From contig CBDFLE010000006.1 in the NCBI GenBank assembly GCA_965248925.1, forward strand, positions 4,512,001 to 4,576,000: DNA of 64,000 nucleotides, read 5' to 3'. A model generated the notes under the pieces. The model made no database searches. It had not been told where the DNA came from and saw only the letters and a list, made by a program, of their open reading frames with translations. The DNA is from Candidatus Multivoradales bacterium (GTDB taxonomy: Bacteria > Acidobacteriota > Thermoanaerobaculia > Multivoradales > J023). A program made the position numbers and the translations under genes. Positions 47,725 to 57,698 of this stretch are shown here, piece after piece; positions within the stretch are counted from its first letter, which is position 1; every line of letters begins with the position of its first letter.

Positions 47725-48357
47725 GTGGCCTATCCCGTCCGCGGCCACTATCCGGAGGAAGACATTACCGACGCCGAACTTGTCGCCCGTGCCTTGGCCG
47801 GCTCAGAAGAGGCCTACCGTCAGCTGGTGCTGCGCTTCGAGCGACCGGTGATGACGGTGATCCTGCGATTAGTGAGAGATCGGCAGTTGGCCGAAGATCT
47901 GGCCCAGGAGTCCTTCGTTAAAGCCTTTCGCCACTTGGCTCGCTACGATTCGCGGCGCAAGCTGGCGAGCTGGTTGTTCAAGATCGCTCACAACACGACT
48001 CTCGACTACTTGCGCAAGTTTCGCCCGGTGACTGTGCCGCTGGAGGCTTCCAGTGGCGATGATCCGGCGGATTCCTGGGAAGTGCTGCGAGCGCCCGAGG
48101 ATCAGAAGCCAGATCGTCGGGCGGATAGCGCGGCGCTGCGCCAAGCTCTCGATCGGGCTCTTGGCAAGCTGCGTCCTTCCTACAGCGAAGTGTTGACGCT
48201 GCGTTTTCAGGAAGGTCTGTCGTACCAGGAAATCGCTGAAGTCACCGGCCTTGCTCTGGGTACGGTCAAGATACATTTACATCGGGGTCGCAAGGCATTG
48301 GCCCAGCGGCTGGCTGAGGCCGGTTGGGCACCACCAGGGCGTTGGGGCGTGGACTGA
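47725..48357 (+). CDS. ECF sigma factor (SigW-like)
   Basis: AEDLAQE.F, WLFKIAHN, EGLSYQEIA...GTVK..LHRGR motifs. Confidence 0.93.
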   Translation: MAYPVRGHYPEEDITDAELVARALAGSEEAYRQLVLRFERPVMTVILRLVRDRQLAEDLAQESFVKAFRHLARYDSRRKLASWLFKIAHNTTLDYLRKFRPVTVPLEASSGDDPADSWEVLRAPEDQKPDRRADSAALRQALDRALGKLRPSYSEVLTLRFQEGLSYQEIAEVTGLALGTVKIHLHRGRKALAQRLAEAGWAPPGRWGVD

Positions 48358-48428
48358 ACAGTCGGTCGAGACTTGAGTGTCGAGCACCGGCGCGGCGAGA
48401 CTCGCAGCGCGCTGATGACACGAGCAGC

Positions 48429-48454
48429 GAAACTCGTCGCGCAGCGATAGCGTA
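48429..48454 (+). promoter_or_regulatory. SigW-like promoter between the sigma and anti-sigma genes
   Basis: GAAAC-17 bp-CGTA upstream of SD GAGGAG. Confidence 0.5.
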
Positions 48455-48475
48455 GGGTTTCTGAGGAGAGATTGG

Positions 48476-48982
48476 ATGAAGAGTTCGGAGAATGACCCTC
48501 AACTAGCAACCTGGCTTGCCGCTGAAGCGGCAGGTCGCGACGAGGACGCTCAGGCAGCGCTGCACCAGCTGTTTCGCTGCTTGCCGCGAGCGCGGCCGTC
48601 GGCCCACTTTGCCGATCGGGTGCTGCGGCTGTCCGGCCACGCCCCTCCCAGACGCTCGCGGCAAAGAAGTCGTTGGTTGCTGGCGGCGGCGGTGTTGGTA
48701 TCGATATCTCTTCCCTGGCTGTCGCTCACTGCCCGTCTGGCTCCGTCGAATGCTGGCGGCTTGGTGGTGACTGGGGTCAATGCCGTACTGGCTGCTAGTG
48801 GTTGGCTAGATCGTTTGCATAGCGTGTTCGAAGTTCTCGGCCATCTGCGCCAGGCTTGTTTGGCCGTCGCCGGCATGCCGCAGGTGGCTTTGATCGCTCT
48901 GCTCTCGCTGCTGATCTCGGCTCTTTCCCTGCGCGGCTTGGCCACGCTGACCCACCGGACCGGGAGCGCTAACTATGCCTAG
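48476..48982 (+). CDS. putative membrane anti-sigma factor
   Basis: PS..FADRVL motif and two TM segments; directly after the ECF gene. Confidence 0.65.
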   Translation: MKSSENDPQLATWLAAEAAGRDEDAQAALHQLFRCLPRARPSAHFADRVLRLSGHAPPRRSRQRSRWLLAAAVLVSISLPWLSLTARLAPSNAGGLVVTGVNAVLAASGWLDRLHSVFEVLGHLRQACLAVAGMPQVALIALLSLLISALSLRGLATLTHRTGSANYA

Positions 48983-50486
48983 GTTGAAATCTTACGGGTT
49001 GACCACCGCGGTTTCCGCACGGCCCTTCACTGTGCTGACCGTTGGCTTCTGGTGCCGTGGTTTGTTGTTAGCGGCCTTGTGCAGCTGCTGGGTGCTGGTG
49101 GCTCAGGGCACTCCCGAGGCAGCTCTCGAGACAGTTGCAGAGCGCTACGAAGTGTTGCCACTGAGTGGCGGTTGGGCGCTGCGACCCCTGAATCCGGCAG
49201 CTGAGTTTCGCATTATCGAAGTACGCCAAGGGATGGTAGCCATCGATGGCGAGGACCGGCAGGCGGGGGAGCTTGTCCGCCTGTTAGGCGAGGATGCGGC
49301 GCCGGTGTTGGAGTTGGCTGGGCTGGCGCTTCCCGAGGTGCCGCCGGAACTCGGAGCTGGCTTGCCCGCCGAGTCGCCAGAGTCCGCCGAACCCTCTGAA
49401 CCTGCTGCGGACTCTAGCGACAGCTGGCGCGAGGAGCGCCGTCAACGCACCTCAAGGCGCCGCTCGGAAGCCCGTCAGAGCTTCGGCCGACCGTTGCATA
49501 TTGGCGCCGAAGAGTCGGTGGCCGAAGCCCTGGTCCTGGGCAGCTACTTGGAGGTCGATGGCGAGGTGCGCGGCAGGGCCACGGTAGTCGGCGGGTCGGC
49601 TCGGATCGAGGGTGAGATCGGCGATGACTTGGTGGTGGTGGGAGGCTCGGTCGAGCTCGGTCCCGAGGCCGAAATCGATGGCGACGTGGTCTCGGTTGGC
49701 GGCACGATCAACCGCAGCCTCGGCTCGCGGGTGCGCGGAAAAATCTCAGAAGTTGCGCTCGGCTCGGTCTTCTCGCGTCCCTGGAATCAGGGCTGGGAGC
49801 GGCCTCGGCGGCACCATAGGTGGCGCTCTAATTTCAGCCGCTGGCTGATGCCGGCTGTCCAAGCAGGGTTGATCGCTCTGGTGCTGCTGATCGTCTTGCA
49901 ATTTGCTCGGCCGACGGTCGAGGGTGTGGCGCAGCGCACCCGGAGCGAACCTCTCAAGGCGGGCCTGACGGGACTGCTGGCACAAGTGCTCTTCGTGCCG
50001 TTGATGGCGGTAGTTTCATTTGTTCTGGCGATTACCATCATCGGCATTCCGATCATGTTGGCGCTCTGGTTGGTGGTGACGGTCGTGGTTTTGGTGGCGC
50101 TATTGATCGGCTATACCGGAGTAGCGCTGAATTTTGGCGGATTTCTCGAGCGACGATTCTCAATGCGTGGCGCTAGCCTCTATTTGACCCTGCTTCTCGG
50201 CGTGCTGCTGATCCACGGTTGGGAGGTAGTTGGAGGTGCCTTGACGGCTGCCAGCGGGCCGTTGGGCTGGACAGCTTGGCTGTTGGTGTTGGTCGGCGGA
50301 GTGGTGCAGTACGTCGCCGTCACCGTCGGCCTCGGTGGTGTCCTGTTGCATCGTTTCGATGCCGCTGGCAGCTCTTCTGCGGTGGCCCGATCCCCTGAGC
50401 TTCCCCCGGCATGGCCGCCTGAAGAAGATGGCGATGACGACGACGATGAGGACGATGAGGACAGCGCTGGCGAGCCCCTCGACTGA
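48975..50486 (+). CDS. membrane protein with a bactofilin-like beta-helix repeat and multi-TM C-terminus
   Basis: repeated V.GEV.G...VVGG / I.GD.V.VGG units followed by several TM helices and an acidic tail. Confidence 0.7.
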   Translation: MPRLKSYGLTTAVSARPFTVLTVGFWCRGLLLAALCSCWVLVAQGTPEAALETVAERYEVLPLSGGWALRPLNPAAEFRIIEVRQGMVAIDGEDRQAGELVRLLGEDAAPVLELAGLALPEVPPELGAGLPAESPESAEPSEPAADSSDSWREERRQRTSRRRSEARQSFGRPLHIGAEESVAEALVLGSYLEVDGEVRGRATVVGGSARIEGEIGDDLVVVGGSVELGPEAEIDGDVVSVGGTINRSLGSRVRGKISEVALGSVFSRPWNQGWERPRRHHRWRSNFSRWLMPAVQAGLIALVLLIVLQFARPTVEGVAQRTRSEPLKAGLTGLLAQVLFVPLMAVVSFVLAITIIGIPIMLALWLVVTVVVLVALLIGYTGVALNFGGFLERRFSMRGASLYLTLLLGVLLIHGWEVVGGALTAASGPLGWTAWLLVLVGGVVQYVAVTVGLGGVLLHRFDAAGSSSAVARSPELPPAWPPEEDGDDDDDEDDEDSAGEPLD

Positions 50487-50537
50487 GGCCGGCCAGCGGT
50501 GCTGAGGCGGTTTGAGGTCGCAGTTGCGAGCGGCGAG

Positions 50538-52712
50538 CTAGGCTCGCAAGCGGCGTTCGAGCAAGGTGGCGCGGTGGGTGGCGGTGGTGGTGTGGATGGC
50601 AATCTCCAGCGCTCGTTTACTGCCGATGATGACAACCAGCCGTTTGCCACGGGTCAGGCCAGTGTAGAGCAAGTTGCGCTGCAACATAACGTAGTGCTGA
50701 GTATGCAGGGGCAAGACTACGCAGGGGTACTCACTGCCTTGGGACTTGTGGATCGAACAAGCGTAGGCCAGGACCAGCTCTTCCAGGTTGTTGAAATCGT
50801 AGGTCACAAGTCGGCCGTCGAAATCCACGGTTAGCTGGCTGTCTTCGCTGTCGATTTCGTGCACCAGGCCAATATCGCCGTTGAAAACTTCGAGATCGTA
50901 GTTATTTCGCTGCTGCATCACCCGGTCGCCACGACGCAGCAGTCGGGCCCCACGGCTGACCGCGGGACCGTCTGGATTGAGCAACGCTTGCAGCTCGGCG
51001 TTGAGATTGGTGGCACCGAGCAGGCCGCGGCGCATCGGTGTCAACACTTGCACTTGCCGCCGCGGATCGAGAGCAAAGCTAGAGGGCACCCGTTTGGCGA
51101 CTACCTTGAGCAAGGTGTCGAGTACCGCTTCGGATTGCTGGCGCTCGATGAAGAAGAAATCAGCGCCATCTTCGGCCCTTCGCAGCTCGGGCAGTTGACC
51201 GGCCAGCACGCGGTGGGCGTTGACCACAATCAGACTCTTTTGGGCCTGGCGAAAGACCTCGGTCAGGCGCACCACTTCAACGGCGTCTGAGCGGATTAGA
51301 TCTTCCAATACTCGGCCCGGACCCACCGAGGGCAGCTGATCGACATCGCCGACCAGCAGCAGCCGAGCCTTATCGGGTACCGCCGACAGCACCTGCTGAG
51401 CCAGCACCGTATCGAGCATCGAAGCCTCGTCGATCACTACCAGGTCGGCGGCCAGCGGCAGCTCAAGGCCACGGCTGAATTGGCGGCTGACGGGATTGTA
51501 TTCGAGCAGCCGGTGCACCGTCTTGGCTTCCATGCCGGTGACCTCTGCCAGTCGCTTGGCGGCCCGGCCGGTGGGCGCCGCCAGCACTATCTGCAAATGC
51601 TTGCGTTGCAGAACCCGAACAATAGCTCGCAGCAGGGTGGTCTTGCCGGTGCCGGGGCCGCCGGTTAGCACCATTACCTTGGCAATGGTGGCGCGAGCCA
51701 AGGCTTGGCGTTGCTGAGCAGCGAGGCGAATCCCCTCGGCGTCTTCGAACCAGCTGACCGCTTTGTCGATATCAATCCGTAGCGGCAGCTCGCGCTGAGC
51801 AGTCAGCGCCCGCAGGCGCTGCGCCAGGCTGTGCTCGGCGGTGGCCAAGGGAGCGAGGAAGATGGCTTGTTCGCCAGGCGGACCTTCGCGGGGGCTGTCG
51901 AAGGGTTCCGCCGCCAGGTCACCGCGCTCGAGCAGCCGGTCGAGGGCTGGGTTGAGGTTGGACTCCTCGATCTGCAGCAACTCCATGCTGGTCTCGACCA
52001 GCCGCTGGCGAGGTTGGAACACATGACCCTGCTCGGCGGCCCGGCGCAGGGTGTGCAGCACTCCAGCAGCGGCGCGCAGGGGAGAGTCACGGGCCAGGCC
52101 GAGGTCGGCGGCGATCTTGTCGGCGGTGAGAAAGCCGATTCCCCACACCTCTTCGGCCAAGCGGTAGGGATTCTCCCGTACTCGCGCGATCGACTCGGCA
52201 CCGTAGCGCTTGAAAATCTTCACCGCGTGTCCGCTCTGCACGCCGTGTGACTGCAGAAAAACCATGACCTCGCGGATTTCACGCTGCTCGCCCCAGGCTT
52301 CGACAATCCGCCGACTACGCTTGGCACCAATGCCCTCGACCTCGCGCAGGCGCTCGGGCTGGCGATCAATCACATCCAGGGTGTCAAGGCCAAAGTGGGC
52401 GACCAGCTTCTTGGCCAACCCGCGGCCAATACCCTCCACTAGGCCGGAGCCCAAATAGCGCTCGATGCCGAGATAAGTCGAGGGACGTACGCTGACGAAA
52501 GAAGCAACTTCAAACTGCTCGCCGAAACGCTTGTTGTTAACCCAATCGCCGCCCAGCCGCAGAGTCTCGCCCACCTGGACGCCGAGTAGCTTGCCCACCG
52601 CGGTCACCTTGCCGCGGCCGCGCACCTTCAGCCGAATCACACTCCAGCCGTTGTCTTGGTTGGCGAAGGCTATGCGTTCGACAACGCCCTCGATGGGTTC
52701 TTGCTGGCTCAA
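50538..52712 (-). CDS. recD2: RecD2 ATP-dependent DNA helicase
   Basis: N-terminal OB/HhH region (YLGSG...GIG), GGPGTGKT, DEASM, GDVDQL, HKSQGSE; TTG start overlaps the psd stop. Confidence 0.95.
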   Translation of the reverse strand: MSQQEPIEGVVERIAFANQDNGWSVIRLKVRGRGKVTAVGKLLGVQVGETLRLGGDWVNNKRFGEQFEVASFVSVRPSTYLGIERYLGSGLVEGIGRGLAKKLVAHFGLDTLDVIDRQPERLREVEGIGAKRSRRIVEAWGEQREIREVMVFLQSHGVQSGHAVKIFKRYGAESIARVRENPYRLAEEVWGIGFLTADKIAADLGLARDSPLRAAAGVLHTLRRAAEQGHVFQPRQRLVETSMELLQIEESNLNPALDRLLERGDLAAEPFDSPREGPPGEQAIFLAPLATAEHSLAQRLRALTAQRELPLRIDIDKAVSWFEDAEGIRLAAQQRQALARATIAKVMVLTGGPGTGKTTLLRAIVRVLQRKHLQIVLAAPTGRAAKRLAEVTGMEAKTVHRLLEYNPVSRQFSRGLELPLAADLVVIDEASMLDTVLAQQVLSAVPDKARLLLVGDVDQLPSVGPGRVLEDLIRSDAVEVVRLTEVFRQAQKSLIVVNAHRVLAGQLPELRRAEDGADFFFIERQQSEAVLDTLLKVVAKRVPSSFALDPRRQVQVLTPMRRGLLGATNLNAELQALLNPDGPAVSRGARLLRRGDRVMQQRNNYDLEVFNGDIGLVHEIDSEDSQLTVDFDGRLVTYDFNNLEELVLAYACSIHKSQGSEYPCVVLPLHTQHYVMLQRNLLYTGLTRGKRLVVIIGSKRALEIAIHTTTATHRATLLERRLRA

Positions 52713-53587
52713 GGGAGGTCGTTGTCGGCGGTGGTGGGGAGATGGCCGATGCGCTGCCCTAGGCGTAGGGGGGTGCCGACGGACTGGGTGTCGAGGCAGA
52801 GGGCATCGGCGGTCGCCACCAAGATGATGGTCGAGCCGAGTTCGAATCTGCCCCATTCCACCCCACGGCCGATCAGTTGCCCGCCATAAGTGCGGCGGAC
52901 GGCGGTCGCGCCGCGTAGGTTGGTGGTCAGATCATCAAAGCTCACCCGCACCTTGCCGACCACCGTCGCGCCCACCGCCACCAGCGCCAGGCGCCCGCCG
53001 CTGGCGAGGTCAAAAAAGGCACACAAGCGCTCGTTCTGCGCGAACAGTCCATCGATCCCTTCAACCCCGGCGCGGTTCACCGGCCACAGGGTGCCAGGTA
53101 AGTAGGTGGCGGCGGTGAGCTGGCCGTCCAAGGGCATGTGAAAGCGGTGGTAGTCGCGCGGTGAGAGGTAGAAGGTGGCGAACTGGCCACCCTCAAAGTG
53201 CGCCGCTTGGCGATCCGCGCCGAGCAAGGCGCCCAGCGAGTAGGGCCTCCCCTTGATCTGCAACAGCGCGCCGTCCCGCACCTGGCCGCTAGCCCCCCAA
53301 GCGCCATCGCAGGGCGCCACCAAGGCCATAGGATCTGCATCGATGGGCCGGGCACCCGGACACAGGGCGCGGGTGAAGAAGGACTGAAGGGTGGCGAAGC
53401 TGGACAGAGGATCGCGGACTTCGCTGAAGTCGACCCCGGCAAAGCGGCCATAGATCCTGATCACCAGGCGCATGAGAGGGCCCGGTAGGCGCAGCTCGGC
53501 GAGTCGCCCGAGGAGCCGGGAGAGGGTGTTTCTCGGCAGCAGGCGTACCGCGCCGAGGGTGAGTTTACGCTGCCATGGACTCATCAT
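52709..53587 (-). CDS. psd: phosphatidylserine decarboxylase proenzyme
   Basis: FFTR.L, QIKG..YSL, YLSP.DYHRFH.P, NER and LGST cleavage motif. Confidence 0.93.
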   Translation of the reverse strand: MMSPWQRKLTLGAVRLLPRNTLSRLLGRLAELRLPGPLMRLVIRIYGRFAGVDFSEVRDPLSSFATLQSFFTRALCPGARPIDADPMALVAPCDGAWGASGQVRDGALLQIKGRPYSLGALLGADRQAAHFEGGQFATFYLSPRDYHRFHMPLDGQLTAATYLPGTLWPVNRAGVEGIDGLFAQNERLCAFFDLASGGRLALVAVGATVVGKVRVSFDDLTTNLRGATAVRRTYGGQLIGRGVEWGRFELGSTIILVATADALCLDTQSVGTPLRLGQRIGHLPTTADNDLP

Positions 53588-53652
53588 TCTTGCGGCTCAG
53601 AGGAGCGTTGACTCTACCACCGCCATCCGGAAGCGGTAAGCTTCGAGCACAG

Positions 53653-54048
53653 ATGCGTCTGCGCCCATTCCTATCGCTGCTCCTGATCGCCGTCGGGCTC
53701 TTCGCCTTGTTTCGGCTGCAATGGCAGCATCAGCTCGGCGGCCTGGCTTCGAGTCCACAGGAGATCTACGTCGACTTGGGGCGAGCCAAGATAGTCGGCG
53801 GCGGCATGGCCTTGTTGCGTTTTCATGCCTGGGACGGCGAGCGTGCCAACCTGGAGGTGCGCTGCGCCGCCGAGCGCGAGGTCTACGATCTGCGGACTGA
53901 CGACACCACCGGCGCGGTCTGTGGGTTGCAGGTCCGTTTGATGCTGATCTTCGAAGCTTCAGCCGAGGATCCCCTCAAGGCCTGGTTCGATGTCTACTGG
54001 CCAGCAAGCTCCGATTCGACGACTCACAATGTAAGCACTCTCGAATAG
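53653..54048 (+). CDS. hypothetical membrane-anchored protein
   Basis: ORF with N-terminal TM and a Cys pair; co-oriented with the next gene. Confidence 0.5.
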   Translation: MRLRPFLSLLLIAVGLFALFRLQWQHQLGGLASSPQEIYVDLGRAKIVGGGMALLRFHAWDGERANLEVRCAAEREVYDLRTDDTTGAVCGLQVRLMLIFEASAEDPLKAWFDVYWPASSDSTTHNVSTLE

Positions 54049-54067
54049 AGGCTTCGGAGGTATTCCT

Positions 54068-54673
54068 ATGTCAGAAGCAGTAGTTACCTGCCCGCTGTGC
54101 GGGGCCGAGAATTCCAACCGCCGACTTTGTGTCGGCTGTGGCAAGTCCTTGAAAGTGTCCACGGCGGCAAAGCGCGACCGGCGAATGATCTTGATTCCTC
54201 TGAGCATCGGCTGTGGAATCATCGGCCTCGCATTCAGTGGGGTGATCGCTGCGGTCCTGATTCCCAACTTCATAGACGCGGTGCAAAAAGCGAAGCAGAA
54301 GCGCACCGTTGCCGACCTGCGCATCTTTGGCAGTGCGTGGCAGACTTGGGCGGCTGATCAGGGAATCTCGGTCGTTGATCTGGCCGAAGATACGCAAACC
54401 TACGACTTCGATTCCCTCCAGGCCCTAGCCTGGACAGAGTTCGAATCACGTTTAGTGCCCGACTATCTGACCGAGATGTCGGCTACTGACGGATGGTCTC
54501 ACCCTTTCGAAGTCCGTGCCGATCTCGAAGACGGCCGCCTGGCGTTGCGTTCAGCCGGCCGCGACGGTGTCTTCGATTCTGACCAGCTGCCGATCGAAGG
54601 ATTTACCACCACTGACTACGACCAGGACATTGTCTGGGCCGAGGGGTTGTTCCTGCGCTGGCCACAGCGGTAA
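54068..54673 (+). CDS. zinc-ribbon + TM + GspG/pilin-like domain protein
   Basis: CPLC...CVGC; IAAVLIPNF..A.QKAKQKRT.AD; DGW..P; RSAG.DG; SD GGAGG. Confidence 0.75.
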   Translation: MSEAVVTCPLCGAENSNRRLCVGCGKSLKVSTAAKRDRRMILIPLSIGCGIIGLAFSGVIAAVLIPNFIDAVQKAKQKRTVADLRIFGSAWQTWAADQGISVVDLAEDTQTYDFDSLQALAWTEFESRLVPDYLTEMSATDGWSHPFEVRADLEDGRLALRSAGRDGVFDSDQLPIEGFTTTDYDQDIVWAEGLFLRWPQR

Positions 54674-54737
54674 GTGGCCTTGGGTTAGCACTAACCAGCC
54701 CGGAGGCAGTCTTGGCAAAGGCAGCATCGCTGCTCAT

Positions 54738-54845
54738 GCCCCCACTCAAGATCTGCTGGACCCAGAGCGGGATCGACTGCGACGTCCTGACCACCGTGAT
54801 GGGTGGGTGTATTGCCTTCTCCAGTGGCAAAGAGAACCGATGTCG
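54738..54845 (+). pseudogene. decayed fragment paralogous to the 3' half of gene 59378-59788
   Basis: DLLDPERD identical in both; after an 8-bp gap, D.D.LTTV...CIA..SG aligns with DYVGLITVLDARIARFRG. Confidence 0.7.
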
Positions 54846-55095
54846 ATTGTTCTTGACATTTTCGTGAGCCACGCGTAGCCTTTTATCGGTTGTCAACGAG
54901 CCATGCTTGGTTGTTTGCGGTTGTTTCCACGCTACTGCTTTCCCATGATCTTGGGAAGTTTCGTGCCTGGGTACCTGGCAGTCTTATTCGTTGGGAGAAG
55001 GTTCTGTTCGATCTTGGCAGGGTTCGTTTCCACCTCACGCCGACCTTGTCGTCGGTTTCGCGGACAGTTTCTCAACACTATCGAAAGGAGTACAC

Positions 55096-55440
55096 ATGTC
55101 TCGAAAAACTCTCACCGTATCTATTCTGCTGACGCTATTCTGCGCGCCAAGCGTTTTTGCTGCCTGTAAGTACTGTGCGGGAAACTGGCCCGGCATGACT
55201 TGTAAGCTAGCCACCGGCACCAAGAGAGGCAATACAAAATGCAAGACTTCAGTGGGTTGGTGTACTTATGATACCGGTGGTGAAAGTTGCAACGGCGGCG
55301 GTTCATGCAATCCCGAATGGGCTTGCGAACCTGAGAATCAGGCGAGCTACGAGCTACCGAAAGTGCCTGCCGGCGAGACGCTGGTGCTGGTCGCGGATAC
55401 GCCGAAGTGCCAGGGTTCTGGGCAGACTATCGAAGCCTGA
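55096..55440 (+). CDS. small secreted Cys-rich protein (114 aa)
   Basis: SD AAGGAG; Sec-type signal ending in VFA; 9 Cys in the mature part. Confidence 0.75.
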   Translation: MSRKTLTVSILLTLFCAPSVFAACKYCAGNWPGMTCKLATGTKRGNTKCKTSVGWCTYDTGGESCNGGGSCNPEWACEPENQASYELPKVPAGETLVLVADTPKCQGSGQTIEA

Positions 55441-57698
55441 TGAGCATTACTGCTTGGCCTCTGGCCTGGCTGGTCGGCGCACTGCTCGGTGCGCCGGCTC
55501 CTGCCGAACATTTCACTGTGCAGCTGAAGGTCGTCGGGGTGCAAGGGGTCATAGTCCCGGTCATGGTGGAGATTCGCGCTGCGAGCGATGATAACGCCAA
55601 GGTCATCCTACGACGGGAAGCTATGGCTCCGGGTGCGATTCGCCTACCTTTGCCAGCTGAGGCTTCCTGGTTGGTTTATCTCACCGCAGCAGGCTATTGG
55701 AGTGCCCCACGGCAATTCGATAGCAGCGCGGATCTGAGCGAGTTTGAGATCGAATTGTGGCGCGCGACGGAGGTTCACGGCCAGTTGCTGGTCTCTGAGA
55801 GGACGCCATCGCCCCATGCCATCGCCCTACGCTTGCAGTCGCACGACGGCAGATCGAGACCGCAGATCGCCCGCACCACCTTGGTCTGCCCGGTCGATGG
55901 AGAGGGATCTTTTCGCTGTTCCGCACCACGCGTTCCGGGGGCGGACTTGCGCTTTCGGGTGCCGGGATTCGCATCGCGGTTTTTTTGGGATGTTGATCTG
56001 ACGAAGGACCAGGAGTTCAACACCGGTGAGTTGACCCTGCGCCCCGGCGCAAGCGTCGTCGGACAGGTGACAGTGACCGGTCGCGCGGCCGCTGAAGAGG
56101 TGACGATCGAGCTTGCTCCCGCTCGACGCTCACCCTATGCACCAGTACCCCAAGCGGAGGTCGATGATGAGCAGGCGCGCCTCAGCAGCCGTCCCGACCC
56201 GCACGGCTTTTTTGCTCTGGAGGGCCTGGATCCTGGCGTTTACCGCTTGACCGCCCGGCACCCCGGCTTAGCGGCCGCTGAAGTGGAGCCTATTCGCGTG
56301 GTCGAAGGGGCTCAGACTCTGATCGAAGTGCCGATCGTCATGGCACCCGCCGAGCCGTTGCTGCTGAACGTCGAGCCGCAATTCGATCCCGACCAGGGGG
56401 ATTGGCGATTGCGGATCTTCAGCAGCTCGCTGCCCGGCCAGCACAGCGCGAGGCCAGTGGCCGAGGTTGATACCGTGGCGGGCTTTGTCAAGACGGCAGG
56501 GATTGCTTTGGGATTTTACGAGATCGAAGTGCTTGATTCGCTGGGTAGAGAGGTACAGAGCGCGCGGATATCGCACAGCGGCAGCAGTGGTATGCAATCC
56601 ATCGTGGTGACTTCTCTCCGTGTTGTTGGCCGGGTCAACCTTGGCGAAGATCCGCTGCTGGCCCTGGTCTCATTCCATCGCCTCGCGGTTGACCGGACTG
56701 CCGAGACCGACCCCGAGGGTAGCTTTCAGATCCTCTTGCCGGCTGAGGGCATTTGGGAGGTTGAGGTCGTCTCCGAGTTTCCCGAGGTCGCCTGGTACGA
56801 GCCCGAGGTCGAGTTGAAGGCCAAAGAGGGCATCGCCCAGTGGGTGCTGAATCTTCCCGGCACTCACCTCAGCGGAACGGTGGTGGATGCGGACGGCCAG
56901 GCTCGCGCCGGTGCTGAAATCACGGTTGATACTCGCATTCCGGTTTCGCGACAGAGCGACTCCGACGGCCATTTCGCGTTTCACGGATTGGAAGAGGGGC
57001 CGCACAAGATTGTGGCGACCGCTGGCGATGCCTTCAGCTCAGAGCCCGAGAGCATCGAGTTGCAAGAAGGCCACGAGTTGGAGGTGCAACTGGTTCTCGG
57101 GGAGAATCAGATCCTGGAAGGGCGGTTTCTAGATGCGGCCGGCAATGCCTTGCCCGGCCTCTGGCTGCTGACGGACGCTTTCACCGCTTCTGGCGCCCGC
57201 AGGTCATTTGGCGACTCCACCAGCACCGCGGATACCCAAGGTCGTTTTCGTTTCTTGCTAGGAAAATCCACCACCGAGGTTTTCTTAATGGCCTTAGTTC
57301 CTGGTGTCGGAACTCGCTCCGTGCTGCTCGAACCCGGCAACGTGGGCGACATCGTGGTAGGTCCAGAAACTGGCACTCTCCAACTAGATCTGGAGGTTCC
57401 TGCGGCCTGGGATCGTCGCTTTCAGCCCTTACCGGTGCTGGTGACACCTGCTGGTCTGCGCGTCCCCTGTGGCGCACTCATTCATTGGGCGAGCCTCAAC
57501 GGTGTCGCGAATGATCCGTTGGATACGAGTTTCACTTTCCCGCTACTGGAGCTAGGAACCTATCGGGCTTGTTGGCTGGGACCAGCCGATTTCTCCAGCC
57601 GTTTCTCGACTGGCACTGGTTGTGTTGCTGGCGAACTGCGGGCGGGTGCAACCGTGACTATGCGCTTGGCAAAGCTCGGTGGTGCTGACGATAAATAG
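55440..57698 (+). CDS. exported protein with repeated carboxypeptidase-regulatory-like beta-sandwich domains
   Basis: repeated G.V...G.P..A.V / D..G.F...GL.PG.Y.L.A patterns; TGATG overlap with the peptide gene. Confidence 0.78.
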   Translation: MSITAWPLAWLVGALLGAPAPAEHFTVQLKVVGVQGVIVPVMVEIRAASDDNAKVILRREAMAPGAIRLPLPAEASWLVYLTAAGYWSAPRQFDSSADLSEFEIELWRATEVHGQLLVSERTPSPHAIALRLQSHDGRSRPQIARTTLVCPVDGEGSFRCSAPRVPGADLRFRVPGFASRFFWDVDLTKDQEFNTGELTLRPGASVVGQVTVTGRAAAEEVTIELAPARRSPYAPVPQAEVDDEQARLSSRPDPHGFFALEGLDPGVYRLTARHPGLAAAEVEPIRVVEGAQTLIEVPIVMAPAEPLLLNVEPQFDPDQGDWRLRIFSSSLPGQHSARPVAEVDTVAGFVKTAGIALGFYEIEVLDSLGREVQSARISHSGSSGMQSIVVTSLRVVGRVNLGEDPLLALVSFHRLAVDRTAETDPEGSFQILLPAEGIWEVEVVSEFPEVAWYEPEVELKAKEGIAQWVLNLPGTHLSGTVVDADGQARAGAEITVDTRIPVSRQSDSDGHFAFHGLEEGPHKIVATAGDAFSSEPESIELQEGHELEVQLVLGENQILEGRFLDAAGNALPGLWLLTDAFTASGARRSFGDSTSTADTQGRFRFLLGKSTTEVFLMALVPGVGTRSVLLEPGNVGDIVVGPETGTLQLDLEVPAAWDRRFQPLPVLVTPAGLRVPCGALIHWASLNGVANDPLDTSFTFPLLELGTYRACWLGPADFSSRFSTGTGCVAGELRAGATVTMRLAKLGGADDK

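Noticed and set aside
55096-55440. Cys-rich peptide as a RiPP (ranthipeptide or lanthipeptide) precursor
   Set aside because: It has a Sec-type signal peptide, and no radical-SAM, Lan or transporter genes are adjacent
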